From Frankiales bacterium (lineage in GTDB: Bacteria; Actinomycetota; Actinomycetes; JAWWOW01): a DNA stretch of 64,000 bases. The stretch lies in contig JAWWOW010000005.1 of assembly GCA_033851265.1 (NCBI GenBank), positions 224,064 to 288,063 of the forward strand. The letters run 5' to 3'. Below the pieces are notes generated by a model. The model was given only the letters and a program-made list of their open reading frames with translations, ran no database searches and was not told where the DNA came from. Numbering within the stretch: the stretch's first letter is position 1; the number at the start of each line of letters is the position of its first letter. A program made the translations under genes and the position numbers. Shown here piece after piece: positions 48,522 to 57,367 of the stretch.

Positions 48522-49007
48522 TCAGCCGGTTTCCGCAGCCGCCGGCAGCCGTTGGAGCGTCTCGACCATGCCAGTGCGGTTGTGCTTATCGCGATCTCTG
48601 ATCCCCATCGCTGGCACCGACGCGACCTTCATCGCGGCCGGTCGGCGGTCTTCGAACGATTCCGTCACCGACGTACCACTGCTGGTGGGTTCGAAGTCAT
48701 ACCGCCAACGCGCGATAGGGATCCCCGCGAAGCCAACCGTCCACTCGATGGCTTTGCCGCGCTGCGCTTCGGTGACGGTGCAGGTCGTGGACCAGCGCAG
48801 CGGACCGCGGTGGTTCCGGCCGCGGAACCGGGCACCAACGCCTGCCTCGGTCGCGTCGCCGAGCCACGAGCCGCCACTGTTCTCCGGGCTCCACCTACCC
48901 ATGCCGGGGAGGTCAGCGACCAGGTCGTAGACGCGTTCAGCCGGCGCGTCGATGTCCACTCTCACTTGCACGCCCACGGCGCACCCTCCCTTGGTCGTCG
49001 CCGTCAT
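48522..49007 (-). CDS. SRPBCC (polyketide cyclase/dehydrase-like) family protein
   Basis: Polyketide_cyc2-like profile. Internal ATG giving an ATGA overlap with the upstream gene. Confidence 0.55.
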   Translation of the reverse strand: MTATTKGGCAVGVQVRVDIDAPAERVYDLVADLPGMGRWSPENSGGSWLGDATEAGVGARFRGRNHRGPLRWSTTCTVTEAQRGKAIEWTVGFAGIPIARWRYDFEPTSSGTSVTESFEDRRPAAMKVASVPAMGIRDRDKHNRTGMVETLQRLPAAAETG

Positions 49008-49492
49008 GATGCCGGACGCGACTCCAGCCACTCCGCGGCGAACGCCATCTCGTGACTGATCAGGTCGGTGAGGTGGGCAACAACCTCGCGGGCGAGCTTG
49101 CCACCCACGACCGGAATGCTGACCTTCACATCACCAGCGACGACGTGCACGGACCCGTGGCCGGTGGCGGTGATCGTGTGTGTGCCGCTCAGCTGAATGG
49201 GTGCCTTGCCTACGTCGACGAGCCACGACCCAATGGCGCGGTCGTCGCCGATCGAGGACCACGTGTCACGTTCGGTGAAGCGGCCGTCGCCGACGAAGCG
49301 ATGGAACACGGAAGGGACGTGTGCCATCGGCAGTTGACGTGGAACGGTGATGACGACTTGGCCGTTCTCCCTCGAGACGACGGGCGCACCGGCCCCGCCG
49401 TACCGCTCGTTACGCGCCGTCAGGAAGGCGGGATCGGTGAGTACGCCGAGCAGAACACCGGGCGGAACGAGATATCGGTGCTCCACGTGCAT
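49004..49492 (-). CDS. DUF2505-like SRPBCC protein
   Basis: MHVEHRYLVPPGVLLGVLTDPAFLTARNERYGG typical DUF2505 N-terminus. Confidence 0.55.
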   Translation of the reverse strand: MHVEHRYLVPPGVLLGVLTDPAFLTARNERYGGAGAPVVSRENGQVVITVPRQLPMAHVPSVFHRFVGDGRFTERDTWSSIGDDRAIGSWLVDVGKAPIQLSGTHTITATGHGSVHVVAGDVKVSIPVVGGKLAREVVAHLTDLISHEMAFAAEWLESRPAS

Positions 49493-49515
49493 GGAGACAT
49501 CATTCCTGCGGCACC

Positions 49516-50097
49516 ATGGGAGTCATGGACGAGTTGCCTGAGGAGCGGGGTTCACTCGCCGGTCGGCTGCTCGTGGCCGCGCCGGTGCTCAACGACCCGA
49601 ATTTCGCTCGCACCGCGGTGTTCGTCGCCGAGCATTCCGCCGACGGCGCCCTCGGGGTTGTGCTCAACCGTCCATCACAGACCGACGTCGCAGAGGTGCT
49701 CCCGCTGTGGGACGTCGCCGTGTCCTCACCACAGGTGGTCTTTGTGGGCGGGCCGGTCTCGCCCGAGGGCGCACTTGCACTCGGGCGGATTTTCGGGACG
49801 CCTCCCGAGTTCGGATTTCAGCCGGTTGTCGATGGTTTCGGTGTCGTCGACCTCGACGGAGACCCGACGCTGCTCGCACCGCATCTCGCGGCACTGCGCG
49901 TCTATGCCGGGTACGCCGGGTGGGGGCCGGGTCAGCTCGACGGTGAGGTCGACGAAGGCGCCTGGTACGTCGTCACTGGCGCACCAGACGACGTCTTCTG
50001 CAGGCGTCCCGATCTGCTCTGGCGGGATGTGCTCCGGCGCCAGGGCGGCGACCTGGCGCTCGTTTCGACTTTTCCCGCCGACCCGACGCTGAACTGA
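49516..50097 (+). CDS. YqgE/AlgH family protein (UPF0301)
   Basis: LLVAAPVLNDPNFARTAVFVAEH…GALGVVLNRP hallmark. Confidence 0.75.
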   Translation: MGVMDELPEERGSLAGRLLVAAPVLNDPNFARTAVFVAEHSADGALGVVLNRPSQTDVAEVLPLWDVAVSSPQVVFVGGPVSPEGALALGRIFGTPPEFGFQPVVDGFGVVDLDGDPTLLAPHLAALRVYAGYAGWGPGQLDGEVDEGAWYVVTGAPDDVFCRRPDLLWRDVLRRQGGDLALVSTFPADPTLN

Positions 50098-50118
50098 GAC
50101 TTCGCGGTAACCGCTTAG

Positions 50119-51291
50119 GTGAGTGAGAATGCCCACGACATGGGAAGACACGGCTGCACTGCCTTACTGGGCTGCGCCCTACTGACTGCAGTCGCGTGCA
50201 GTTCTAGCGGCTCGTCCACTAGCGCATCGTCGGACTCTCGCCCCACGATCACCATCACGCCATCCAGCGGGAAGTCCAACGTCCGCCCGGACTCGGTCGT
50301 GCGCGTCGGCATCAAGCACGGCCGGATGGTCTTCGTCAGCGTCAGCGATCAACACGGGTCGCTCGTCCCGGGTGCCTACTCCGCCGATCACAACAGCTGG
50401 TCGACGAAGGAGCTGCTGGACCCGGCGATGCGCTACCACGTCGCCGCTCAGGCCGTGGACGGCAAGAACCAGTCGACGCTCACCGAGGCCGACTTCCGAA
50501 CCGTGGTGCCCACGCACACGCTGAAGGCCAAGATCGCGCCACTCAACGGCGAGACCGTCGGCGTCGGCATGCCGATCGCTGTCTACTTCACGGCTCCGGT
50601 GAAGAACCGCGCCGCCGTCCAGGAGCGATTCACCGTGACTGCGGAGAAGGCGAAGGCGGGGGCTTGGCATTGGTTCTCCGACACGGAAATGCACTACCGA
50701 CCGCCGGAGTACTGGCCGGCGCATGACCACGTGACCCTGACCTACGACATCGACGCGCTTGATGCGGGCAACGGCGTGTGGGGCGTGGAGGGGCGAACGA
50801 TCGCGTTCGACATCGGCTCGTCGCACATCGGCAAGGTCGATGCGCGCACGCACTCGATGCAGGTGTTCGTCGACGGAAAGCTGGCCCGGTCGTTCGACGT
50901 CAGCACCGGCCGGGACAAGTATCCGACGACGTCGGGGATCCACGTCGTGACGAACAAGAACGCCCTGCAGATCATGGACTCGTCGACGATCGGTATCCCG
51001 CGCAACGCCCCCGGCGGGTATTACCTGCGCGTGCCGAACTCCGTCCGCATCTCCTACAGCGGCGAATTCGTGCACTCGGCGTCGTGGTCGGTCCGCGACC
51101 AGGGTCGGCGCAATGTCTCGCACGGATGCATCAATGTCAGCCCGGCCAATGCCAAGTGGTTCTTCGACCTCACGCGCCGCGGCGACATCGTGCAGGTGAG
51201 CGGGACGCCACGCCGACTACAGCAGGGCAATGGCTACGCGGACTGGAACTTGTCCTGGTCGGAGTGGACGTCGGGCGACGCTCTTCGCTGA
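50119..51291 (+). CDS. L,D-transpeptidase lipoprotein (YkuD domain)
   Basis: Lipobox LLTAVAC. Catalytic HSASW…SHGCINV motif. Confidence 0.8.
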   Translation: MSENAHDMGRHGCTALLGCALLTAVACSSSGSSTSASSDSRPTITITPSSGKSNVRPDSVVRVGIKHGRMVFVSVSDQHGSLVPGAYSADHNSWSTKELLDPAMRYHVAAQAVDGKNQSTLTEADFRTVVPTHTLKAKIAPLNGETVGVGMPIAVYFTAPVKNRAAVQERFTVTAEKAKAGAWHWFSDTEMHYRPPEYWPAHDHVTLTYDIDALDAGNGVWGVEGRTIAFDIGSSHIGKVDARTHSMQVFVDGKLARSFDVSTGRDKYPTTSGIHVVTNKNALQIMDSSTIGIPRNAPGGYYLRVPNSVRISYSGEFVHSASWSVRDQGRRNVSHGCINVSPANAKWFFDLTRRGDIVQVSGTPRRLQQGNGYADWNLSWSEWTSGDALR

Positions 51292-52061
51292 GACGGCAGG
51301 AACGGCGCGGAGCGGGCGTCGGCCAGCCGCCCGAAGAACCGTTCACCGACGACCACAATCGGAACGGCCAGCAGGATCACTCCGACGCCACCGACGACGT
51401 CGAGGAAGAAATGATTGGCGGTTGCGAGCACGACGATCACTGTCGTGATCGGGTACAGGATGCCGAGTACGCGCACCCACGTGCGTTGCGAGTAGCGGGC
51501 GATCATCCAGCCGCACCACAGCGCCCATCCGACGTGCAGCGACGGCATCGCGGCGTACTCATTGGTCAGACCACCGAGGCCACGCGGGGCGCTCGCGTCG
51601 TGCGACCACCAGCCGTAGCCGGCGAACTTCGCCATCGTGTCAACGAACCCGTCGGCGTCGAGCATCCGTGGCGGTGCTAACGGGGCGAGCCAGAATCCGA
51701 TCAGTCCGAGGATCGTCGCGACGATGAGGATGCGGCGAGCGTGGCGGTAGTGCTCGGGGACGGAGACCAGCATCCAGATGAGCACCGCGGGCGTGACGAC
51801 GTAGTGCATCGTCGCGTAGTGGTAGTCGAAGGCGATCGCAATCGCGTGATGGCTGCTCACAGCCGCATTCAGCGCTGCTTCAGGTGCCAGGTGCCACGCT
51901 CGCTCGAGGTCGAAGAGCCGGGCCGCCCGACGGATCGCCGCACCGGTCTCGGTAGGAATGAGGTTGCGGATCAGGCTGTAGAGCGCGTACGTGAAAGCGA
52001 CCAGAGCAAGCTCCGCCCACCAACGCGGGCGGATGCGGTTGCGCGCCCGGGCAGGCGTCAT
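51234..52061 (-). CDS. PAP2-superfamily integral membrane protein (PAP2_C/sphingomyelin-synthase-like)
   Basis: AMPSLHVGWALW and ANHFFLDVVGG motifs. Internal ATG used. Overlaps the convergent Ldt gene by 58 nt. The C-terminal tail may be read-through. Confidence 0.55.
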   Translation of the reverse strand: MTPARARNRIRPRWWAELALVAFTYALYSLIRNLIPTETGAAIRRAARLFDLERAWHLAPEAALNAAVSSHHAIAIAFDYHYATMHYVVTPAVLIWMLVSVPEHYRHARRILIVATILGLIGFWLAPLAPPRMLDADGFVDTMAKFAGYGWWSHDASAPRGLGGLTNEYAAMPSLHVGWALWCGWMIARYSQRTWVRVLGILYPITTVIVVLATANHFFLDVVGGVGVILLAVPIVVVGERFFGRLADARSAPFLPSQRRASPDVHSDQDKFQSA

Positions 52062-52181
52062 CTCGACGGTCTGTGACACGTCGCCCCTCCCGTGATGACT
52101 GCTGTCTTGGCATGGTGCCACGCGAATCGCGTCGACGCAGCATGTAAAAGGACGCATGTCGCGAGGGGTCACAATGGGCTA

Positions 52182-52472
52182 GTGAGCCCATCCCAAACAC
52201 GAACCTCGACGGACACCCGGACCATTCCCGACACCTCACACGGGGACGGGGACCACGACCGGTTCTCCCACTACGTCCTGAAGGACAAGATCGTCGAGAG
52301 CGCGGTGACGGGGATGCCCGTTATCGCCCTTTGCGGGAAGGTCTGGGTGCCCAACCGCGACCCCAGCAAGTATCCGCTGTGCCCGGAGTGCAAGCGGCTC
52401 TATGACCTCGGGCCGGAGGGTCGGCGGCTGGAATGGGACGAGCGGGCCGCCTCCGGTGGAGGCGGCGACTAG
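52182..52472 (+). CDS. DUF3039 domain protein
   Basis: CGKVWVPNRDPSKYPLCPEC motif. GTG 52182 chosen. Confidence 0.6.
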   Translation: MSPSQTRTSTDTRTIPDTSHGDGDHDRFSHYVLKDKIVESAVTGMPVIALCGKVWVPNRDPSKYPLCPECKRLYDLGPEGRRLEWDERAASGGGGD

Positions 52473-53716
52473 CGGGCGGGGAGCACCGCCCCGGCGCAGT
52501 CGCCGAAGCCGATCCGGGTGCCGTCGGCGCCCGGTGCGGTGGCACGGATCACCACCTGGTCGCCGTCCTCGAGGTAGGTGCGGCTGGAGCCGTCGCCCAG
52601 CGGCAGCGGGTCGCGCCCGTTCCAGCTGAGCTCCAAGAGCGAGCCCCACTGTTGACGGTCGTGTCCGGAGACGGTTCCCGAGGCGAACAGGTCGCCGGTG
52701 CGTAGCCGGGCGCCGTTCGACGTGGCGTGCGCGAGCTGTTGCGGCATCGTCCAGTACGTCGAGGCGTACGGCGGTCGCGCGACGACTGTGCCGTTGATCT
52801 CGAGTTCTAACGCGAGATCGAACGCCCAGTCTCCGGAGCAACGCAGATGGGCAGCGGGCTGGGGGTCCTGCGCGGGCGGTGGAACTCGCGCGGCGTCGAG
52901 TGCGTCGAGCGGCACGACCCACGGAGAAATCGTTGTGGCAAAAGACTTTCCGAGGAACGGGCCCAGCGGCTGGTACTCCCACGACTGGATGTCGCGTGCG
53001 CTCCAGTCATTGAGAAGCACCACCCCGAACACGTGGTCGCGGAAGTCGTCCGCGGCGACCCGCTGCCCAGGATCGGTCGGTACGCCGACGACGTAGGCGA
53101 CCTCCACCTCGACATCGAGCTTTTCGGTCGGACCGACGACGGGCTCCTGTGCACCCGGCGGCCGCCATTGACCGATCGGCCGGCGCACCGGCGTACCGCT
53201 CACGACGACCGTGCCGGCTCGGCCGTGGTAGCCCAGCGGCTGCCACCGCCAGTTGGCGGGGAGGGGGTCGGCGTCGGGCCGGAAGATCCGGCCGACGTTC
53301 GTCGCGTGGTCGAGTGAGGAGTAGAAGTCGACGTAGTCGGCCACCGTGAAGGGCAGCGCCGGCTGCAAACCGGCCAGCGGCAGCAGCGCTCCGCTGAGGT
53401 GCTCGGAGGGCGTTTCGTCGAGGAGCTCACGGAGCCGCGTGCGCACGGCTGCCCAGCCGGCTGGTCCCGCCCCCAACAGCCCGTCGAGGGTGTCCGCGGC
53501 GAAGGCCGCGACCGGGTCCGGGAGCGTGCCGCTCAGCAGCCCCGACCGGGCCACGGCGGCCAGGTCGAGTGCGTGCGTGCCGATCGGGACGACCACGCGG
53601 GCCGGCTCCCCGGCCGGGGCCGCCACGCCGTACGGGAGATTGGTCACCGGGAAGGGGGACCCGTCGGGGACGGGAGGCCAGCCGGACGGCACCCCCCGAC
53701 AGTATCCGGGGCTCAA
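52469..53716 (-). CDS. fumarylacetoacetase
   Basis: FAH N- and C-domains (…HVFGVVLLNDWSARD…GDLFASGTVSG…). Confidence 0.8.
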   Translation of the reverse strand: MSPGYCRGVPSGWPPVPDGSPFPVTNLPYGVAAPAGEPARVVVPIGTHALDLAAVARSGLLSGTLPDPVAAFAADTLDGLLGAGPAGWAAVRTRLRELLDETPSEHLSGALLPLAGLQPALPFTVADYVDFYSSLDHATNVGRIFRPDADPLPANWRWQPLGYHGRAGTVVVSGTPVRRPIGQWRPPGAQEPVVGPTEKLDVEVEVAYVVGVPTDPGQRVAADDFRDHVFGVVLLNDWSARDIQSWEYQPLGPFLGKSFATTISPWVVPLDALDAARVPPPAQDPQPAAHLRCSGDWAFDLALELEINGTVVARPPYASTYWTMPQQLAHATSNGARLRTGDLFASGTVSGHDRQQWGSLLELSWNGRDPLPLGDGSSRTYLEDGDQVVIRATAPGADGTRIGFGDCAGAVLPAR

Positions 53717-53777
53717 GTTTCTGGCGGTACGGCCGAATTACAAGTGTGTGATTCCCCCTACCCGCCAGGAGTCGACA

Positions 53778-53978
53778 ATGAGCACCCCCGCCGATTTGCC
53801 CGCGATCCTGCTCGCCCGCGCTTGTCTTGCCGCGGGAGTCCCGCTCACCCTTCTGCTCGATCTGGCTGCCGACGAGATCGACTCGGCGGAGATTTTCGCC
53901 GTTGAACAGGTCACCGCGATGGCAGCTCGCGAGCGGGCCATCACAAATCAGGGCAAGCGGAACAGTGAGATCGCCTGA
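53778..53978 (+). CDS. hypothetical small protein (66 aa)
   Basis: AGGAG Shine-Dalgarno 8 nt upstream. High GC3. No family recognised. Confidence 0.35.
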   Translation: MSTPADLPAILLARACLAAGVPLTLLLDLAADEIDSAEIFAVEQVTAMAARERAITNQGKRNSEIA

Positions 53979-54067
53979 TCAGCTCTTGTGGCGCTGGCCG
54001 TCGTGAGTCACCCTGTACGACCTATGCGGGCGCCACGCGGTGCGCCCACCCGGCGAAAGGTCACCGG

Positions 54068-54550
54068 ATGGACGCACTCAGGCTTGTCGAGCCCTTGGCT
54101 GACGCCAATCCCGTAGCACCCCTTGAAGTCGCCGGCTGGACCGACATTCGGGATGCCGTGCTCGACCTCGAGGCCGCGGTGGCGGCTCCGGCGCCCGGCC
54201 CAGGCTGGGTCACGGGTGTGGGCGCAGGCCTGCGCCGGCTGGCCGAGGATCTGGCCGCCCACGCAGCCATGGAGGACGGTCCGGGTGGGCTCTATCGCCG
54301 GGTGCTCTCCGATGCCCCTCGCCTGGCCGGCGAGGTACGCCGGCTGCGCGCCGAGATCGACGAGATCTCCGGCTTCGTCACCTGGCTGCTCGCCGTCGTG
54401 GCAGCAGGACCGGTCTCGCAGGGGGTGGACTGGCGGCTCGACGTCCGTGAGGACGTCAACGTCATCATCGGCCGCCTGATCCGGCACCGGCAGTACGACG
54501 CCGACCTGATCTACGAGGCCTACACGGTCGACGTCGGCGACGCGGACTGA
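54068..54550 (+). CDS. hypothetical protein (160 aa)
   Basis: High GC3. Preferred over the overlapping antisense ORF 54008..54853. Confidence 0.4.
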   Translation: MDALRLVEPLADANPVAPLEVAGWTDIRDAVLDLEAAVAAPAPGPGWVTGVGAGLRRLAEDLAAHAAMEDGPGGLYRRVLSDAPRLAGEVRRLRAEIDEISGFVTWLLAVVAAGPVSQGVDWRLDVREDVNVIIGRLIRHRQYDADLIYEAYTVDVGDAD

Positions 54551-56235
54551 ACGCTCGCCGCCGGTAGCTCGAACCACCGCAACGCCTCGAAGTCGGCAGT
54601 CAGTCCGCACGCGCTCGGGTCGTACGTCGCCGCGGCCGCATCGCTGTGCCGACTCGCGAGCAACGCGCGCGCTGACTCGAGGTATTCGGCCAGCGCACTT
54701 TCCGGCGCTCGTGCGGTGTGCGGCGGGTAGCGCAAGGCACCGTCGGCGTCGTAGGTGATGTCGTGCAACCGCAGTGGCGGCTCGACGGGGCCGTTGCGGT
54801 GATGCCACAGCCCGGTCTCTGGATCGAACGTGTAGTCGGGCAGCAGCCGCCAACCGTCGTTCGCGACGAGGTGCACGGCCGCGACGACGTAGTCGAACAC
54901 GGCCTCGCTGATGAAGTAGTTGAAGTTCACTCGGACCCAGCCAGGCTTGATGCCTTCACAGCCGAGTGCGATCTCGCGTTCGAACTCGTGCGATCGGTCG
55001 AGGTCGATGCCGAGGAGGCGGTGACCGTATGGCCCGGCGCACGAGCAGCCACCTCGGGACTGGATCCCGAACAAGTCGTTGAGGACGGACACGACGAAGT
55101 TGTGGTGGAGGTACGCCGCTGCGCCATCCGACTTCACGACGAAACTGACGATCGACAACCGCTCCGCTTCGACGTTGCCGAGAATCTCGATCCGCGGGTT
55201 CGCCGACCACGACGCGACAGCACGGCGTAGGAAGTCCTCTTCCTTCGCACGGATCACGGCGGTGCCGACCGCTTCCTTCAACTGGAACACGAGCCCGGCG
55301 CGGATGGACTCGACGATGGCGGGCGTGCCGCCCTCCTCCCGCGCGATCGGGTCGTCGAGGTAGCGATGCTCCTCCGGATTGACGTAGGCGACGGTCCCGC
55401 CGCCGGGCACCGTTGGCACGCGGTTGCGGACGAGATCCCGGCGTACGACGAGAACTCCCGGCGTGCCCGGGCCACCGATGAACTTGTGTGGCGACAGGAA
55501 CATCGCATCCATCGGGGCGTCCGGCGCGCTGAAGTCCATGTCGACATAGGGGGCCGCGGCCGCGTAGTCCCAGAACGACAGTGCGCCGTGCTCGTGCAAC
55601 AACGCCGTGATGCGTCGGGTATTCGTGACGATTCCCGTCACGTTCGACGCCGCGGAGAAGGACCCGATCCGCAGCGGCCGGTCGGCGTACTCCACGAGCG
55701 CCGACTTCAACGCATCGATGTCGATGTGCCCGTCGCGGTCCTCGGGGATCACCACGACATCGGCGATGGACTCGCGCCAGGGCAGCTCGTTCGAGTGGTG
55801 CTCGAACGGGCCGATGAAAACGACGGGGCGTTCAGCGGGCGGGATCTGTGACGTGAGGTCGTAGCGATCGTCGAGCTCGGCAGGAATGCGCAGGCCCAGG
55901 ATCCCGACCATCTTGTCGATCGCCGCGGTACTGCCCGAGCCGCAGAAGAGGACCAGTGTGTCCTCGCCCCCGCCGACCGAGTCTCGGATGACGCGGCGGG
56001 CATCTTCGCGCAACCGCGTCGTCTGCAGCCCGGTGCCGCTCGACTCGGTGTGCGTGTTCGCATACCGCGGCAGCACCTCGCGCCGAATGAAGTCCTCGAT
56101 GAAGTCGAGCGCCCTTCCCGACGCTGTGTAGTCGGCATACGTCATCCGGCGCGGGCCGTACGGCCCTTCGAGCACCTGGTCGTCACCGATGATCGCGTCC
56201 CGGATCCGTTGCAGGAGGGGGGGATCCGGGCGCAT
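54520..56235 (-). CDS. aminotransferase class V-fold PLP-dependent enzyme, long form with C-terminal extension
   Basis: PLP-lysine motif SPHKFIGGPGTPG. About 570 aa, against roughly 400 for canonical NifS/CsdA. Internal ATG 56235 used. Confidence 0.7.
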   Translation of the reverse strand: MRPDPPLLQRIRDAIIGDDQVLEGPYGPRRMTYADYTASGRALDFIEDFIRREVLPRYANTHTESSGTGLQTTRLREDARRVIRDSVGGGEDTLVLFCGSGSTAAIDKMVGILGLRIPAELDDRYDLTSQIPPAERPVVFIGPFEHHSNELPWRESIADVVVIPEDRDGHIDIDALKSALVEYADRPLRIGSFSAASNVTGIVTNTRRITALLHEHGALSFWDYAAAAPYVDMDFSAPDAPMDAMFLSPHKFIGGPGTPGVLVVRRDLVRNRVPTVPGGGTVAYVNPEEHRYLDDPIAREEGGTPAIVESIRAGLVFQLKEAVGTAVIRAKEEDFLRRAVASWSANPRIEILGNVEAERLSIVSFVVKSDGAAAYLHHNFVVSVLNDLFGIQSRGGCSCAGPYGHRLLGIDLDRSHEFEREIALGCEGIKPGWVRVNFNYFISEAVFDYVVAAVHLVANDGWRLLPDYTFDPETGLWHHRNGPVEPPLRLHDITYDADGALRYPPHTARAPESALAEYLESARALLASRHSDAAAATYDPSACGLTADFEALRWFELPAASVQSASPTSTV

Positions 56236-56298
56236 GTTCCGAAGGTACGCGGGTGTGGTTAATCGGACGACAAGCTCACACCGGGACATCCGCCCGTC

Positions 56299-56766
56299 GT
56301 GGCCTGTCAGAGCCCGTTTGTTCCGTATCCTGCAATCGTGGCGAGGACGCAGCGGGCGGAAAGGGTTCTCCCGTGCGAACCCCGCAGCGCCGCACTTGCC
56401 CGACGCTTCGTTGAGGAAACCCTCCACGCGTGGCACTGGTCAGACAGCGACGACGACATCGTGACCTTATTGGTGAGCGAGCTCGTGACCAATGCGCTGC
56501 TGCACGCACGTTCGGAAGTGCGCGTCCGGGTCAGCCGCACGGGTAGCCGGATCCGCGTGGCAGTCGAAGACCAAGCCACGCGCCAGCCCGCTCGGCGTGG
56601 ACACACCGCCGGAAGTACGACCGGCCGTGGGCTCGATCTCGTCGAGGCGTTGGCCGCTGACTGGGGCGTCGAGACCGTGCGCGGTGGCAAGGCCGTGTGG
56701 TTCGAGCTCGAAGCATCCTCAGAGGACAACGATCGCTGGGTCGGATCCGGGCGAGGAAGCCGATGA
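56299..56766 (+). CDS. anti-sigma regulatory factor-type GHKL ATPase (RsbW-like)
   Basis: HATPase_c (LLVSELVTNALLHA…TGRGLDLV). Confidence 0.65.
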   Translation: MACQSPFVPYPAIVARTQRAERVLPCEPRSAALARRFVEETLHAWHWSDSDDDIVTLLVSELVTNALLHARSEVRVRVSRTGSRIRVAVEDQATRQPARRGHTAGSTTGRGLDLVEALAADWGVETVRGGKAVWFELEASSEDNDRWVGSGRGSR

Positions 56767-57266
56767 CGCACCAGTCCCGGCGCACCAAGCAGAACACCGT
56801 GACGGTCGTGTTGCGCGACGCGCCCATCGAGGTGCTTACTCGCGCGAATGAGCATCAGGCCGAACTCATCCGCGAGTTCACGTTGCTCGCGATGGGCGCG
56901 GTGACCGAGCAGAGCGGTTCCCAGGTGCCGCCGGGTTTGGACGCGCTGATCCATGAGCTGGAGGCGCGCGATCCCGACGCCGAGACCGTCGCGCGGCAAC
57001 AGCAGGACGCCGCAGTCGCGCGGGGCGCCTCATCGGTCACGCTCACCATGCAGGTTCCCCCGTCGGCCGCCAAGGCCGCGCTCCGGCTGCGCGATGCCCT
57101 CAAGCGTGCCGACGAGTTCTGCCGGTCGGGTGAATTGCTGACCTTGGCGCCGCGGCACGACATCATCGCCCTGCGTGAGTGGTACCTCGAAGAGTTCGAT
57201 CGCCAGATTGCGGGGGAATCCCCTCTGTCGTGGCCCGAATACCTGACGAAGCACTCAACCGGCTGA
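56763..57266 (+). CDS. hypothetical protein, translationally coupled to the RsbW-like gene
   Basis: ATGA overlap. 167 aa. No family recognised. Confidence 0.45.
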   Translation: MTHQSRRTKQNTVTVVLRDAPIEVLTRANEHQAELIREFTLLAMGAVTEQSGSQVPPGLDALIHELEARDPDAETVARQQQDAAVARGASSVTLTMQVPPSAAKAALRLRDALKRADEFCRSGELLTLAPRHDIIALREWYLEEFDRQIAGESPLSWPEYLTKHSTG

Positions 57267-57367
57267 CGGTGCGCCTTCCGCAGCGGATCGGTGACCTCGC
57301 AGCGACGACCGTGACACTCGTCCGATCCGGGCTGCTCGCACCTGTACGCCCGGACCGGCTCGCCGGC

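Noticed and set aside
54008-54853. 281-aa minus-strand ORF
   Set aside because: It overlaps both the plus-strand hypothetical (54068..54550) and the 3' end of the class-V PLP enzyme gene. It has Arg/Ala-rich shadow-frame composition.
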